DNA from: an uncultured Gemmatimonadaceae bacterium
Lineage (GTDB): Bacteria; Gemmatimonadota; Gemmatimonadetes; Gemmatimonadales; Gemmatimonadaceae
DNA: 64,000 nt
Assembly: GCA_966096095.1 (NCBI GenBank)
Contig: CBHTUR010000018.1
Coordinates: forward strand, 20,271 to 84,270
Direction of reading: 5' to 3'
In this document: positions 26,923 to 37,052 of the stretch, piece by piece
Layout of the letters: every line of letters begins with the position of its first letter
Numbering within the stretch: the first letter of the stretch is position 1
The notes under the pieces: generated by a model
What the model was told of the DNA's origin: nothing
What the model saw: the letters and a program-made list of their open reading frames with translations, nothing else
Databases searched by the model: none
Position numbers and translations under genes: made by a program

Positions 26923-27747
26923 TCAGCGCCAGATCGGGAGATTGAGCCACCAGCCCCACCACTCGGGCCAGCCCTTCGTCCAGAAGGGACCGGAGATCAC
27001 AATGCAGATAGCACTCCAGATGGCCGCTCCCACTGCGAGGAACAAGCCAAGCCGGTGAATGCCCATCGCACCGATCGAGTAGCCGACCAGGTCGCGGAAG
27101 AAAACGTTCTCGGTTTCGCTCGTGCCGACGGGTGTGCCTTTCGGGGGATTCGTCACCGAGAGGATCAACGAGCCGTGCATGCCGAGCGCGAGACAGTTCG
27201 TGAAGAAGAACGTCACGGCGATCATGTGCGCCGGATTGTAGTGGAAGTGGAGGTACTGGTACCCCACGTTCGACACCCAATCGAGATGCGAGAAAATGCC
27301 GTACGGGAACCCGTGTCCCCACGCGCCTAACAAGACGGGGCGAATGACGACGAGCGTGGTGTAGGCGAAGACGGCGGCGCCGTACGCCCACGGAATGTGC
27401 ATGCCCATGCCGAGCTTGCGACTGATCTCGGCTTGACGCAGCGCCCAGCTGCCGAAGGCGCCCAGCGCGCACATGGTGATGATCTGCCAAAGGCCACCCT
27501 CGCGCATTGGCGCGAGCATCAAACCGTACTTGAGATCCGGTGGCGCAATCGAGATCTGCCACAGGTTCCACGTGGGTCCCATCGCGGCGCCCCACACACA
27601 CAACAGTGTGCCGAGCGCGACGAAGAAGATCGTCGTGACACCAAAAAAGCCCACGTAGAACGGACCGAACCAGAAATCGAACAGATCTCCGCCGATCAGC
27701 GTACCGCCGCGGACACGATATTTCTTTTCAAAACTCAGCATCGCCAT
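26923..27747 (-). CDS. pufL: Reaction-centre L subunit
   Basis: [55 protein letters not shown]; start ATG 27747 (or 27741). Confidence 0.98.
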   Translation of the reverse strand: MAMLSFEKKYRVRGGTLIGGDLFDFWFGPFYVGFFGVTTIFFVALGTLLCVWGAAMGPTWNLWQISIAPPDLKYGLMLAPMREGGLWQIITMCALGAFGSWALRQAEISRKLGMGMHIPWAYGAAVFAYTTLVVIRPVLLGAWGHGFPYGIFSHLDWVSNVGYQYLHFHYNPAHMIAVTFFFTNCLALGMHGSLILSVTNPPKGTPVGTSETENVFFRDLVGYSIGAMGIHRLGLFLAVGAAIWSAICIVISGPFWTKGWPEWWGWWLNLPIWR

Positions 27748-27786
27748 GGGCGATTTCTCCGGACGCGCAGAGAAGAAACGGGGCTG

Positions 27787-27845
27787 GCGTCGGCCGGGGA
27801 TGGCGTCGCACCGACACGTGCGAAGCGCCATCCCGGCGACGACGC
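27787..27845 (-). other. Intercistronic stem-loop between pufA and pufL
   Basis: Imperfect inverted repeat: CCGGGGATGGCG-TCGCAC...GTGCGA-AG-CGCCATCCCGG. Confidence 0.7.
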
Positions 27846-27853
27846 GCGACGAA

Positions 27854-28069
27854 TTACTTGCCGGCGGGGAGCGGCGACATCTCTGCCGCGGCCGCCGGAG
27901 CCGACGCCCCGACGGGCGCCTGCGCAGCGGTCAGCGTCCCGTTTTCGATCCACGAGTAGCGCTGTGAGCTGAGCAGGATGAAGTGAATGACGAACGCAAG
28001 CACGCCAAGGAAGCCAACCATCGCTACCAGAACGCGTCGCGGGTCATACATCAGCCAAATTCGATACAT
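27854..28069 (-). CDS. pufA: LH1-type alpha polypeptide with an Ala/Pro-rich C-terminal extension
   Basis: [15 protein letters not shown]....[13 protein letters not shown] (His0, Trp+11). Confidence 0.95.
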   Translation of the reverse strand: MYRIWLMYDPRRVLVAMVGFLGVLAFVIHFILLSSQRYSWIENGTLTAAQAPVGASAPAAAAEMSPLPAGK

Positions 28070-28079
28070 GGCGTCTCCC

Positions 28080-28244
28080 CTACTTGGTAGCGGCGGCCGG
28101 CGACGCGTACTTCGCGATCGTAGAGCCTGGGTAATTCACCACGCGGAATGCGAAGAGGTGAATGACCAGCACCGTGCCGGCGACAAACGAGCCGACAAGG
28201 GACAGCACTATCTGCGGATCAAGCCCGATCCAAACGCGGTGCAT
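28080..28244 (-). CDS. pufA: Second LH alpha polypeptide (outer-ring LHh type), 54 aa
   Basis: Missing from the ORF track. MHRVWIGLDPQIVLSLVGSFVAGTVLVIHLFAFRVVNYPGSTIAKYASPAAATK, with an AGGAG RBS. Confidence 0.9.
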   Translation of the reverse strand: MHRVWIGLDPQIVLSLVGSFVAGTVLVIHLFAFRVVNYPGSTIAKYASPAAATK

Positions 28245-28289
28245 AACGAACTCCTGTAAGCGATGGTGAGGTGAAGAGGCGACTATGGC

Positions 28290-28424
28290 TCAAAGCCACG
28301 GACGCCAGCTCCACGCCAACAGGTGGGCGCCGACCGCGGTGAGCACGAACACCGCCGTGCCCGCGACGAAGAAGCCGTTAAATCGACGGGCATCTTCTTC
28401 GGTCATTCCGCCTTTGTCCGACAT
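28290..28424 (-). CDS. pufB: LH beta polypeptide, 44 aa
   Basis: Missing from the ORF track. MSDKGGMTEEDARRFNGFFVAGTAVFVLTAVGAHLLAWSWRPWL, with a GGAGG RBS. Confidence 0.94.
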   Translation of the reverse strand: MSDKGGMTEEDARRFNGFFVAGTAVFVLTAVGAHLLAWSWRPWL

Positions 28425-28519
28425 CGAGACCTCCGGAAAAATTGCGAAGCTACCGCGCTCATCCCGCGCGGCTGGGATGCCAACCCCCTCGGAGTGGCGA
28501 GAACCCTTTTTGACTGCGC

Positions 28520-28563
28520 TGTAAACTGGACCTTACAGTTCAATGCGTCAAGAATTATTTACG
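28520..28563. promoter_or_regulatory. PpsR box pair in the pufB/bchO divergent region
   Basis: TGTAAACTGGACCTTACA (28520-28537, exact TGT-N12-ACA), then 8 bp, then CGTCAAGAATTATTTACG (28546-28563). Confidence 0.8.
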
Positions 28564-28612
28564 CTTTATCAAGAAATTCCTCACGGATCGTGTTCCCAGA
28601 CCGTTTTCCCTC

Positions 28613-29479
28613 ATGTCACTCCCGCCCACGACGTGGCCTGGCTACAACCGATCGCAGTCCATCGAATCCGATGGCCTCTCGTGGCACATCGAGCGCGCGG
28701 GACACGGCCCGCTGGTACTCCTCCTCCACGGCACCGGCGGCTCTACCCACTCGTGGATGGATATCGTCGGCGAACTCATCCATACAAATGAGATCCTCGC
28801 CGTCGATCTGCCCGGGCACGGCTTCACCACGGTCAGCCTCGAACGCGCGCGCGATCGCGAGATCTTCACGATTCACGGCATGGCCAGCGCCCTGCACGCA
28901 CTGCTGATCGATTTGAGGATCGCGCCGACCATCGTCGTTGGACATTCAGCCGGCACGCCGGTGCTGTTGCAGATGTTGCTCAATGGGTTCATCGCGCCCG
29001 CACGTTGCATTGGTCTCAATCCCGCACTCGTCGCGCCTCCCACGTTCTACACGATGCTGATGGCGCCGCTCGTCGGCGCGATCGTAGAGCGCGACGTGAT
29101 TGCCGAATCGGGGGCAATGCTCGCGCGCGCGACCGGCATCATTGAACTCATGCTGCGCAGCAGTGGCACAGTGCTCACTGAGTCACAACTGGAGCGCTAT
29201 CGGCAGTTGTGCACGCGTCCAGCGCATGTGCATGCGGCGCTCACGATGATGTCGCGCTGGGATCTTCCACGACTCATGCGCGACGCCGCCGCACTCGCGC
29301 CGCCGCTCGAATTCTACGGCGGCCAGCGCGACCGCTGGGTGCCGCCGGAAGCACTGCGTCGCGCGGCCGAACGCCTGCCAACCGCGACGCTACAATTTCT
29401 TGACGCCGGTCACCTGCTCGCCGAGGAAGCGCCGACAACCGTGTTGGAAATCATCCGGGGCGCGGGCGCGAATCGTTAG
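28613..29479 (+). CDS. bchO: Alpha/beta hydrolase, BchO-like
   Basis: [44 protein letters not shown]; located in a PGC. Confidence 0.8.
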   Translation: MSLPPTTWPGYNRSQSIESDGLSWHIERAGHGPLVLLLHGTGGSTHSWMDIVGELIHTNEILAVDLPGHGFTTVSLERARDREIFTIHGMASALHALLIDLRIAPTIVVGHSAGTPVLLQMLLNGFIAPARCIGLNPALVAPPTFYTMLMAPLVGAIVERDVIAESGAMLARATGIIELMLRSSGTVLTESQLERYRQLCTRPAHVHAALTMMSRWDLPRLMRDAAALAPPLEFYGGQRDRWVPPEALRRAAERLPTATLQFLDAGHLLAEEAPTTVLEIIRGAGANR

Positions 29480-30930
29480 GCCGTGGCTCCGGTCAGTCCA
29501 CGCCGACTCGCGAGTACGTGATCACGCGAAACAATCTTGTCACCGAGCTCACGCGCATCCTTTTCTGCGAGATCGCGCAAACGCTTCGCCGCTGAAATTC
29601 GAATGAGCACGGGATACTGCTCCATGATCTCATCGAGCGTGCTCTTGGCGTCGTCGTCCCACGGCAGTTCTTCGTGGAGCCGCGATGGAGTGGCGTCGAT
29701 CTTGTCGAGCTCCGATCCCAACGGCAGGATGTGAAAGAGCGCGTCGAACAGCGCATTGCACACTTCTTGAATCAGATACGTTGCACCTGAGTAGCCCATG
29801 TACGGCGTGCCGGTGTGCCGCCGAATGATGGCCCCCGGAAAGCTCGCCGGGATGTACATCGCCCGCGCGCCCATCTCTGCGAGATACATGCGCTCGTTGT
29901 AGCTCCCGAACAGAATGAGCGGCGTTTTCGTCTTGACGGCTTCGCGCACCGCCGCGTTGTCCGGCTTCACGCCGGCCCGCCGTGAAAAGGCGAAGGTGCA
30001 GGGGAGCCCCATCTCCGTCTCGAGAAAATTGCGCACACCGCGCGCGTACGTCTCGTTCGCCACAATCGCGAAACTCGCCGTGCCGAAGAAATCTTGCGTC
30101 ACACTGCGCCACAGATCCCACACCGGCTTGATGGTCGTGTGTTTCTCTCGCTCGATGAACGGTTCCGGGTCGAGCCCGAGCATTTCGCCGAGCGTACGCA
30201 GGAACTTGGTTGTCGAATGCAAACCGATCGGTGCCTGCAAATACGGGCGATCGAGTGCCTCGCAGAGCATGCGGCCGAATTCGCGATAGAGGCACACGTT
30301 CACGTCGGCGTCGACCAGGCGTGGCACTTCCTCAAGATGGCTGCCAAGCGGGAAGACGAGATTGACCTCCGCCCCAATACCCTCAACGAGCCGGCGAATC
30401 TCCGCGAGATCACTGGCCGAATTGAAGTAGCCATAGATCGAGCCGATGATGTTCACTCGTGGCTTGTCGCCGGGCTGACGCTCTTGCCGTTTCGGCGCCA
30501 CACCACGCTTAAGGCCGTACTCGCTCCACAGCCAATACAGTGCGCGCTCCGCAGCCTGCCACTGGTCTTCGTCGATCGTTCTCGGCAGAAACCGCTGGAT
30601 GTTCGTGCCTTCGGGCGTAACACCGCCGCCGATCATTTCGGCGATACTCCCCGTTACCACAACGGCGGGAAGCTCCGGATCGAGCGTCCGATGCGCACGC
30701 CGCATGGCGCCTTCGGTTCCGTTGCGTCCGAGTTCTTCTTCGCCAAGGCCGGTAACGACAATCGGCAGCTCATGTGGTGGCAACGCGTCGGTATAGTGCA
30801 GCACCGATGTCACTGGAAGATTTTCGCACCCTACGGGTCCATCAATGACGACCTGCAGTCCTTTGATGGCGGTGAACACGTACACCGCGCCCCAGTAGCC
30901 GCCCGCACGATCATGATCGAGTACGAGCAT
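29476..30930 (-). CDS. bchZ: Chlorophyllide a reductase subunit Z
   Basis: [51 protein letters not shown]. Confidence 0.97.
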   Translation of the reverse strand: MLVLDHDRAGGYWGAVYVFTAIKGLQVVIDGPVGCENLPVTSVLHYTDALPPHELPIVVTGLGEEELGRNGTEGAMRRAHRTLDPELPAVVVTGSIAEMIGGGVTPEGTNIQRFLPRTIDEDQWQAAERALYWLWSEYGLKRGVAPKRQERQPGDKPRVNIIGSIYGYFNSASDLAEIRRLVEGIGAEVNLVFPLGSHLEEVPRLVDADVNVCLYREFGRMLCEALDRPYLQAPIGLHSTTKFLRTLGEMLGLDPEPFIEREKHTTIKPVWDLWRSVTQDFFGTASFAIVANETYARGVRNFLETEMGLPCTFAFSRRAGVKPDNAAVREAVKTKTPLILFGSYNERMYLAEMGARAMYIPASFPGAIIRRHTGTPYMGYSGATYLIQEVCNALFDALFHILPLGSELDKIDATPSRLHEELPWDDDAKSTLDEIMEQYPVLIRISAAKRLRDLAEKDARELGDKIVSRDHVLASRRGLTGATA

Positions 30931-30947
30931 TCAGACGATCTCCGTCA

Positions 30948-32567
30948 TCATACCATCTCCTCTGCCTTTCGCGCGCGCGCGAGCTTGGCGAGATGACGTT
31001 TGTAATGTTCGCGAAATTCGGGGTGGTCGCGGGGCACATCTTCCCACACTCCGCCGGCGAAGCCGGTTCCGACACCCTCGAAGAACGACGTCATCGTATC
31101 AAAGCGCGCCTTATTGCCGAGCGCCGCGTTCACCACCGTGGCGAGTGAACCCGCACCAGCCGGACCCATGAGCGGGCGCGCAGATATCAGATTGGTGAAG
31201 TACAACGCGGGCGTCGACAGTTCTTTCGCTTTCTGCACGACGGGCGTCGTGCCGATGGCCAGGTCTGGCTTGAACTCGTGCATTGCTGCCAGATCCTGCT
31301 CAAGCGACGCGCGGTACTGGACGTGAATGCCGCGCGCCGTGAGCCACTGAAAATCGGATTCGCTGTACGGGGTTTTGGGACACGCGGTGCCGACATAGCG
31401 CACATCGGCGCCGCTTTCAACGAGAAGTCGCGCAACGAGTAGCTCCGATCCCTCGTATCCCGACATCGTAATGCGACCGTCAATCGGCTTCGCGGCCAAA
31501 GCCCCTTTGATCGCCGGCAAGAACTTGTTCTTGGCCGCATCGATCTGCTCGCGCTTCACGCCAGCCATCTGACCGATCGCCTCAAGCCACTGTTCGGTGC
31601 CGTCGAAACCAACTGGCGCCGATCCGACAATCGGGCGACCCGCGGCCGCAAACTCGCGGAAGGACGCGGTGTAAAACGGATGAATCGCCGCCACTCCAAC
31701 GCAGTCGAGCGCGGCGTAGAGTTCTCGCCACTCGCGTGTCGGAACAACCGGCCCCGCCGCGAGCCCCATGGGTTCGAGCATCATGCCGATGCCAACCGGG
31801 TCAACGGGGAACATCTCGCCAACGAGCGTGACGGTGGGGCGTTGACTGCGACCAGCGCGTGGTGCCGCCACCGGCCCCTGCTCGGCTTCAGTTCGCGCGT
31901 ATTTCAGCATCGCACCGGCGAGCACATCTTTCGCTTCCGCATGTGTTGGCACGCCAAATCCGGGCACGTCGATGCCAATAATGCGAACGCCGTTAATCGT
32001 GTCGGGTAGCAGTTGAAGCGGAACACCCGACGCCGTTGGCACGCACAGATTCGTAATTACGATGGCGTCGTACAACTCGGGATCGGCCATCTTGTGAACG
32101 GCGTCGCGAATGTCTTCGAACAACTGGCCGGTTACCAGTGTTTCCGAGTTGAATGGCACGTAGCCAACGGTGCGGCGAGCACCGTAGAAGTGCGAGGTAA
32201 AGGTCAGTCCGTAAACACAGCACGCCGATCCGGAGAGGATCGTGGCTGTGCGCCGCATGCGCAGTCCGACGCGCAGCGAACCAAAGGCAGGGCACATGCT
32301 CTGTGGCTGGTCGTGCGGTCCCGTCGGATAGTCGGCGGCATATCGATCAAGCGTTGCCGACTTTCCGGCCGCGTGGGCTGCCGCACGCATCTCGTTGGCG
32401 CCCGCGTGACAGCCGAGTCCATCGATGCCGCCGGCACTGGCGTGAGATCCGTCAATGACAGGCAGCACACGGTCCGTGCGATCAGCTGCGACGATGACGT
32501 CGTCGTTCGTGACGGGCGTGTCGCCGGCCCGATCGTAAACAACTTCGCCCGATTGGTTGACGCTCAC
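30948..32567 (-). CDS. bchY: Chlorophyllide a reductase subunit Y
   Basis: HDQPQSMCPAFGSLRVGLRMRR, SGSACCVYGL, YFTNLISARPLMG; GTG 32567 preceded by a GAGG RBS. Confidence 0.95.
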   Translation of the reverse strand: MSVNQSGEVVYDRAGDTPVTNDDVIVAADRTDRVLPVIDGSHASAGGIDGLGCHAGANEMRAAAHAAGKSATLDRYAADYPTGPHDQPQSMCPAFGSLRVGLRMRRTATILSGSACCVYGLTFTSHFYGARRTVGYVPFNSETLVTGQLFEDIRDAVHKMADPELYDAIVITNLCVPTASGVPLQLLPDTINGVRIIGIDVPGFGVPTHAEAKDVLAGAMLKYARTEAEQGPVAAPRAGRSQRPTVTLVGEMFPVDPVGIGMMLEPMGLAAGPVVPTREWRELYAALDCVGVAAIHPFYTASFREFAAAGRPIVGSAPVGFDGTEQWLEAIGQMAGVKREQIDAAKNKFLPAIKGALAAKPIDGRITMSGYEGSELLVARLLVESGADVRYVGTACPKTPYSESDFQWLTARGIHVQYRASLEQDLAAMHEFKPDLAIGTTPVVQKAKELSTPALYFTNLISARPLMGPAGAGSLATVVNAALGNKARFDTMTSFFEGVGTGFAGGVWEDVPRDHPEFREHYKRHLAKLARARKAEEMV

Positions 32568-32580
32568 ATGCGCCTCGCGA

Positions 32581-33609
32581 TCAAACGGTGTCGTATACAA
32601 CTTCCAGCGACGGCTTGGTCACGTCTTCACGTCCGACGAGATCAAACATCGTGGCCGGCTCGAGCACGATGTCGCCGCCGACTTGGCTCGCGGCAAACAG
32701 ACCAAGCAGCTGATCCTGCGTGAGCGGTTTCGGCCGAACCGGCGGCGCGTCGGCGACCGCGGTAGCGAGCTCTCCGAACAACGGTCCCCACTGACCGCCC
32801 GGGTATCCGATGATCTCGTAGTTCGCACTCTTGCGGCGAATGTCTTCGTGCGCCGGGACCTTCGCGAGAATCGGGATACCGGCGGCTGCAGCGAACGCTT
32901 CGGCTTCGCCGGTTCCATCATCCTTGTTGATGAGAATCCCAGCTACTCCCACGTTGCCACCGAGTTTGCGGAAGTACTCAACGGCAGAGCAGACATTGTT
33001 CGCGACATAGAGCGACTGCAGATCGTTGGAGCCAACCACGATGACCTTCTGGCACATGTCGCGCGCAATCGGCAATCCAAAGCCGCCGCACACGACGTCG
33101 CCGAGAAAGTCGAGCAGCACGAAATCGAAACCCCATTCATGGAAGCCGAGCTTCTCGAGAATCTCGAAGCCATGAATGATGCCGCGTCCGCCACATCCTC
33201 GTCCAACCTCCGGACCACCCAGCTCCATCGCGAACACGCCATCACGCTTAAAACACACGTCGCTGATCGAGACTTGCTGACCCGCGAGTTTGAGTCGCGA
33301 GGAGACTTCGATAATCGTGGGGCACGCACGACCTCCGAAGAGCAGCGATGTTGTGTCGCTTTTCGGATCGCAGCCAATCAGCAAGACTTTCTTGCCCTGC
33401 TGCGCCATCATGTACGACAGATTGGCGAGCGAAAAACTCTTGCCGATTCCGCCCTTGCCGTAGATCGCGATGATCTGCGTTTCTTTGGTGACCGGACCCG
33501 TTTGCACGGCACCCGGATCGCTGGCGGCTTCGTCACGGATGCGGGCATGCAACTGATGCAGCGCGCCGCCGCTATGGTCCCCGCTACGCTGCGTGGTCTG
33601 TTCGCTCAT
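32581..33609 (-). CDS. bchX: Chlorophyllide a reductase iron protein X
   Basis: [52 protein letters not shown]; ATGA overlap with bchC. Confidence 0.96.
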   Translation of the reverse strand: MSEQTTQRSGDHSGGALHQLHARIRDEAASDPGAVQTGPVTKETQIIAIYGKGGIGKSFSLANLSYMMAQQGKKVLLIGCDPKSDTTSLLFGGRACPTIIEVSSRLKLAGQQVSISDVCFKRDGVFAMELGGPEVGRGCGGRGIIHGFEILEKLGFHEWGFDFVLLDFLGDVVCGGFGLPIARDMCQKVIVVGSNDLQSLYVANNVCSAVEYFRKLGGNVGVAGILINKDDGTGEAEAFAAAAGIPILAKVPAHEDIRRKSANYEIIGYPGGQWGPLFGELATAVADAPPVRPKPLTQDQLLGLFAASQVGGDIVLEPATMFDLVGREDVTKPSLEVVYDTV

Positions 33610-34580
33610 GCCGCTCTTCTCCAGTCGAAGATCATCTTGACGCAATGGGGATCGCCGAATGCGGTCGCGTACGCGGCGGCCGCGTGCGAGACAGACTCGC
33701 GGTGAGTAATGAGCCCGTCGAGATCGAGTGTGCCGCGATTGGCAAAGTCGGCGACGGCGTGCAGATCGGATTCCTTCCACTGTGCGGCGATGCGTATGCG
33801 TGCTTCGCGCAGAAACGCAGGCGGGAAGGTGAACGCCACCGGCTCGCTGTAGAAGCCGCCGAGGCAGATCTCTCCGCCGGGCGCGAGTCGGGAGATCAGC
33901 GTGTCGAGCAATCCATTCGCGCCGCTCACATCGCAGATCACGCGATAGTCACGACGCGGATCATCATCGGGATGCATCACGGAGTACCCGTGCGCGCCGT
34001 CGTGCCGTACCGGATTGGTTTCCCACACGGTGGGCGTGCGGGTACCGGGGCCCTGATACATCGTCTGGTACAGCACGACGAGACGCGCGATGAGTCGGCC
34101 GAGTGCACCGTGCCCCACAATCAAATCGGGCATCTGCTCTGGTGTCTCGATCGGAGAGACGGGAAGCATGTGGTGCGCTGTTGCGGCGAGTGCGAGCAGC
34201 GTGCCGCGTTCACCAACCGACCGGTCGAGTAGGACCGTCTTGCTGCCATGCACCACAACGTGTGAGGCAGTGCCGCCAAAGAGTCCGCGAGCATCGACGA
34301 AGCCCCGGGATCCGGCGACATACACGCGCTGTCCAACCTCGCGTCCAGAGCTCGGACCAGCCACGATCACGTCGCCGACGCCTTCGTATCCCGGAACCAG
34401 TGGATAGCCGAGCCCGGGGAATGGGGGCATCCGTCCGGTGAAGAGCAGTTTTTCGGTGCCGGTGCTGATGCCGGACCACCGCATTGCCACCACGACGTCG
34501 GTGTCGGCGGCCTGCACCAACTCCAACGAGCGGACGCTCAACTGCTCCGGCTGCTCAAAGACAACGGCGAGGCTCTTCAC
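33606..34580 (-). CDS. bchC: Bacteriochlorophyllide a dehydrogenase
   Basis: SGISTGTEKL...GRMPPFPG.GYPLVPGYE, GHGALGRL, DPRRDY..I.DVSG, C.KMIFDWR; GTG 34580 chosen as start. Confidence 0.94.
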   Translation of the reverse strand: MKSLAVVFEQPEQLSVRSLELVQAADTDVVVAMRWSGISTGTEKLLFTGRMPPFPGLGYPLVPGYEGVGDVIVAGPSSGREVGQRVYVAGSRGFVDARGLFGGTASHVVVHGSKTVLLDRSVGERGTLLALAATAHHMLPVSPIETPEQMPDLIVGHGALGRLIARLVVLYQTMYQGPGTRTPTVWETNPVRHDGAHGYSVMHPDDDPRRDYRVICDVSGANGLLDTLISRLAPGGEICLGGFYSEPVAFTFPPAFLREARIRIAAQWKESDLHAVADFANRGTLDLDGLITHRESVSHAAAAYATAFGDPHCVKMIFDWRRAA

Positions 34581-34583
34581 AAG

Positions 34584-34627
34584 TGTAACGTGTAGTTGAC
34601 ACCACACACTGTCAATATTCTCCAAGC
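34584..34627. promoter_or_regulatory. PpsR box (plus half site) immediately upstream of bchC
   Basis: TGTAACGTGTAGTTGACA (34584-34601), then 8 bp, then TGTCAA (34610). Confidence 0.78.
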
Positions 34628-34670
34628 GCCTCGCTCGGGATTCCTTCCGAAACCCAATCCGGACCCGGAT

Positions 34671-35906
34671 TCAGACTTCGGCGACGATCAAACCGGTCTG
34701 GATGGGAAATCGGGTGGCGATCTCCCGGCTCTTTCGGAATCCGGCCGACTTGAGCATCTGATGCAGCTCGCTCGCTCGGCGAGCTCGGCCTTTACCCATC
34801 GCCAGCAGATAAAAGGAGAAGTAGGCGTCGCCCACCGTTTCCGCGCCCTTTGCGCCGGCCATCGCCTCTGCAATCAGCAGTGTGCCGCCGCTCGGCAGGG
34901 CGGCTCGAACACGGTGCAAGAGACGCATGACCGACGCATCGTCGTGATCGAGCAGAACGCGAACGAGGGTGCAGACGTCAGCGCCGGCGGGAAGCGGATC
35001 CGCGTGAAAATTTCCGCCCAGACACCGAGCGCGCTCACCAAGTCCGGCGGCGTCGAGACGCTGGCGAGCGCGCGCCGCGACGGCCGGCAAGTCAAACAGT
35101 CGAAGCTCGAGGTGCGAGTGTCGTTGGCCGACCAGCGAGAGGAAGACGCCTTCTCCTCCACCGATGTCGAGCAGGCACTCGTGTCGTGAAAGGTCGTATC
35201 CGTCGAGCACCTCGGCGGCGACTGGCGGCAGGGTGGCCGCCATGATTTCCGAGTATGCGGCAACCCGCGTGTCGTCGATCGACTGCGGACGCGGCGCGTC
35301 GGCGTACGACCAGTAGCGAGATAGCTCGGTGCGATAGTCGGCACCCGTGCGCAGCAGCTCGACGGGATCGACGAGATCCTGATACGCCAGCCGATGATGG
35401 CGCACGAGCGCCAGCACGCCGGTATTGCCAACGAGCGGCGCGCCAAGCGGCCCGATGGCGAAGCGACCATAGCGGCGACGTGCCAACAATCGCAGCGACA
35501 CCGCCGCGTTCAATAACCGCTCGGTGCTCGCCGGGGAGAGTGCGGTGTGCTCCGCAATCTCTTCGATAGTACGCGCGCCAGACGCCAGGAATTCAAAGAG
35601 CTCCAGTTCGACGCAGGCCGACAGCGTCTGGGTATAGACGAAGCCGGAGACGATATCGAAGAGCGCCCGCGAACGACGCATAGTGATGGGACGCGTCAGC
35701 GGGAACTTCGCGCTCCAGCGCTGGAAGTCGTCGGTCGCGACGAGGGCATTCCAGCGGTCACGCATGCGCTCAAACCACGTTGGTGCATGCACTTGCGTCA
35801 CCGAATCGCCGGCCGGTCTGGCGATCCCTGCGGCCGGTGCGGCCGTCGACGGGGTAAATCGCGCGGAGACGCCGCGCGTGGCAAAGGCCTGCTCGGGAGG
35901 ATTCAC
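34671..35906 (-). CDS. crtF: Carotenoid (hydroxyneurosporene-type) O-methyltransferase
   Basis: [58 protein letters not shown]; sits in the crtF-bchCXYZ position. Confidence 0.85.
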   Translation of the reverse strand: MNPPEQAFATRGVSARFTPSTAAPAAGIARPAGDSVTQVHAPTWFERMRDRWNALVATDDFQRWSAKFPLTRPITMRRSRALFDIVSGFVYTQTLSACVELELFEFLASGARTIEEIAEHTALSPASTERLLNAAVSLRLLARRRYGRFAIGPLGAPLVGNTGVLALVRHHRLAYQDLVDPVELLRTGADYRTELSRYWSYADAPRPQSIDDTRVAAYSEIMAATLPPVAAEVLDGYDLSRHECLLDIGGGEGVFLSLVGQRHSHLELRLFDLPAVAARARQRLDAAGLGERARCLGGNFHADPLPAGADVCTLVRVLLDHDDASVMRLLHRVRAALPSGGTLLIAEAMAGAKGAETVGDAYFSFYLLAMGKGRARRASELHQMLKSAGFRKSREIATRFPIQTGLIVAEV

Positions 35907-35935
35907 CCGGCGAGATTACGAGTTCTCGGACAAAG

Positions 35936-35979
35936 TGTCAAGAAACAAGTACACTTTAAGTGTAAACCCTCTTGCGACA
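35936..35979. promoter_or_regulatory. PpsR box(es) in the crtF/bchI divergent promoter
   Basis: TGTCAAGAAACAAGTACA (35936-35953, TGT-N12-ACA), then 7 bp, then TGTAAA...ACA with 13-bp spacing (35961-35979). Confidence 0.68.
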
Positions 35980-36008
35980 CCTTGGGCCCGATCCTAACGT
36001 GGCCTGAC

Positions 36009-37052
36009 ATGCGACCAGTCTTTCCGTTTAGTGCAATCGTCGGCCAGGACGAGATGAAACTGGCCCTGTTGCTGGTATCGATCGACCCCACCATCGGCGG
36101 GGTGATGGTATTTGGCGACCGGGGCACCGGAAAGTCGACGGCCGTTCGCGCGCTCACCGGGCTACTACCGGCGATGAGGGTCGTGGCGGGCTGCCGTTAC
36201 GGCTGCGATCCCTCGGCAAACGGCTCTCGATGCGACGAATGTCTGGCGAAAGAAGCCAAGGGGCTTCCCGCGAAGAGCATCTCGGCGCCGGTACCGATGG
36301 TCGACCTGCCACTCGGTGCCACCGAAGATCGGCTGGTGGGGGCGTTGGATCTGGAGCGCGCGCTCAGCTCGGGAGAAAAAGTATTCGAGCCCGGACTCCT
36401 CGCGCGCGCACATCGTGGATTCCTCTACGTCGACGAAGTGAACCTGCTGGAAGATCATCTCGTCGATTTGTTGCTCGACGCCGCGGCGACCGGTGAGAAC
36501 GTCGTTGAGCGCGAGGGCGTGAGTGTTCGTCATCCTTCGCGCTTTGTGCTTGTTGGCAGTGGCAATCCCGAAGAGGGAGAACTGCGACCGCAGTTACTCG
36601 ATCGTTTCGGGCTGGCCGTTGACGTTCGCACGCCCGAGTCGATTGCGGTGCGCATTGATGTCATCAAGCGCCGCGACGCATTTGATCGTGACGCGAGCGC
36701 GTTCATGAGTCACTGGGCAAAGGCTGACGCAAAGGTGCGTCGTTCTATCGAGAAGGGACGCGCCCGCCTCGAGTCAGTGGTTGTGCCGGATGCGATACTC
36801 GAACGCGCGGCAACGTTGTGCGCGCAGCTCGGCACCGACGGACTGCGTGGTGAACTCACGTTGCTGCGCGCTTCTCGCGCGCTGGCTGCGCTCGACGGCG
36901 ATACCGACGTGACGCTCACGCATCTCAGACGCATTGCCCCATTGGCGCTTCGCCATCGGTTGCGTCGCAACGTGCTCGACGAGGCCGACGCGACCACTCG
37001 CGTCGAGCGCGCCGTGGACGACTTGTGGGGAGCGACTACGAGCTCGCCGTGA
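36009..37052 (+). CDS. bchI: Magnesium chelatase subunit I
   Basis: [64 protein letters not shown]; start ATG 36009. Confidence 0.96.
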   Translation: MRPVFPFSAIVGQDEMKLALLLVSIDPTIGGVMVFGDRGTGKSTAVRALTGLLPAMRVVAGCRYGCDPSANGSRCDECLAKEAKGLPAKSISAPVPMVDLPLGATEDRLVGALDLERALSSGEKVFEPGLLARAHRGFLYVDEVNLLEDHLVDLLLDAAATGENVVEREGVSVRHPSRFVLVGSGNPEEGELRPQLLDRFGLAVDVRTPESIAVRIDVIKRRDAFDRDASAFMSHWAKADAKVRRSIEKGRARLESVVVPDAILERAATLCAQLGTDGLRGELTLLRASRALAALDGDTDVTLTHLRRIAPLALRHRLRRNVLDEADATTRVERAVDDLWGATTSSP

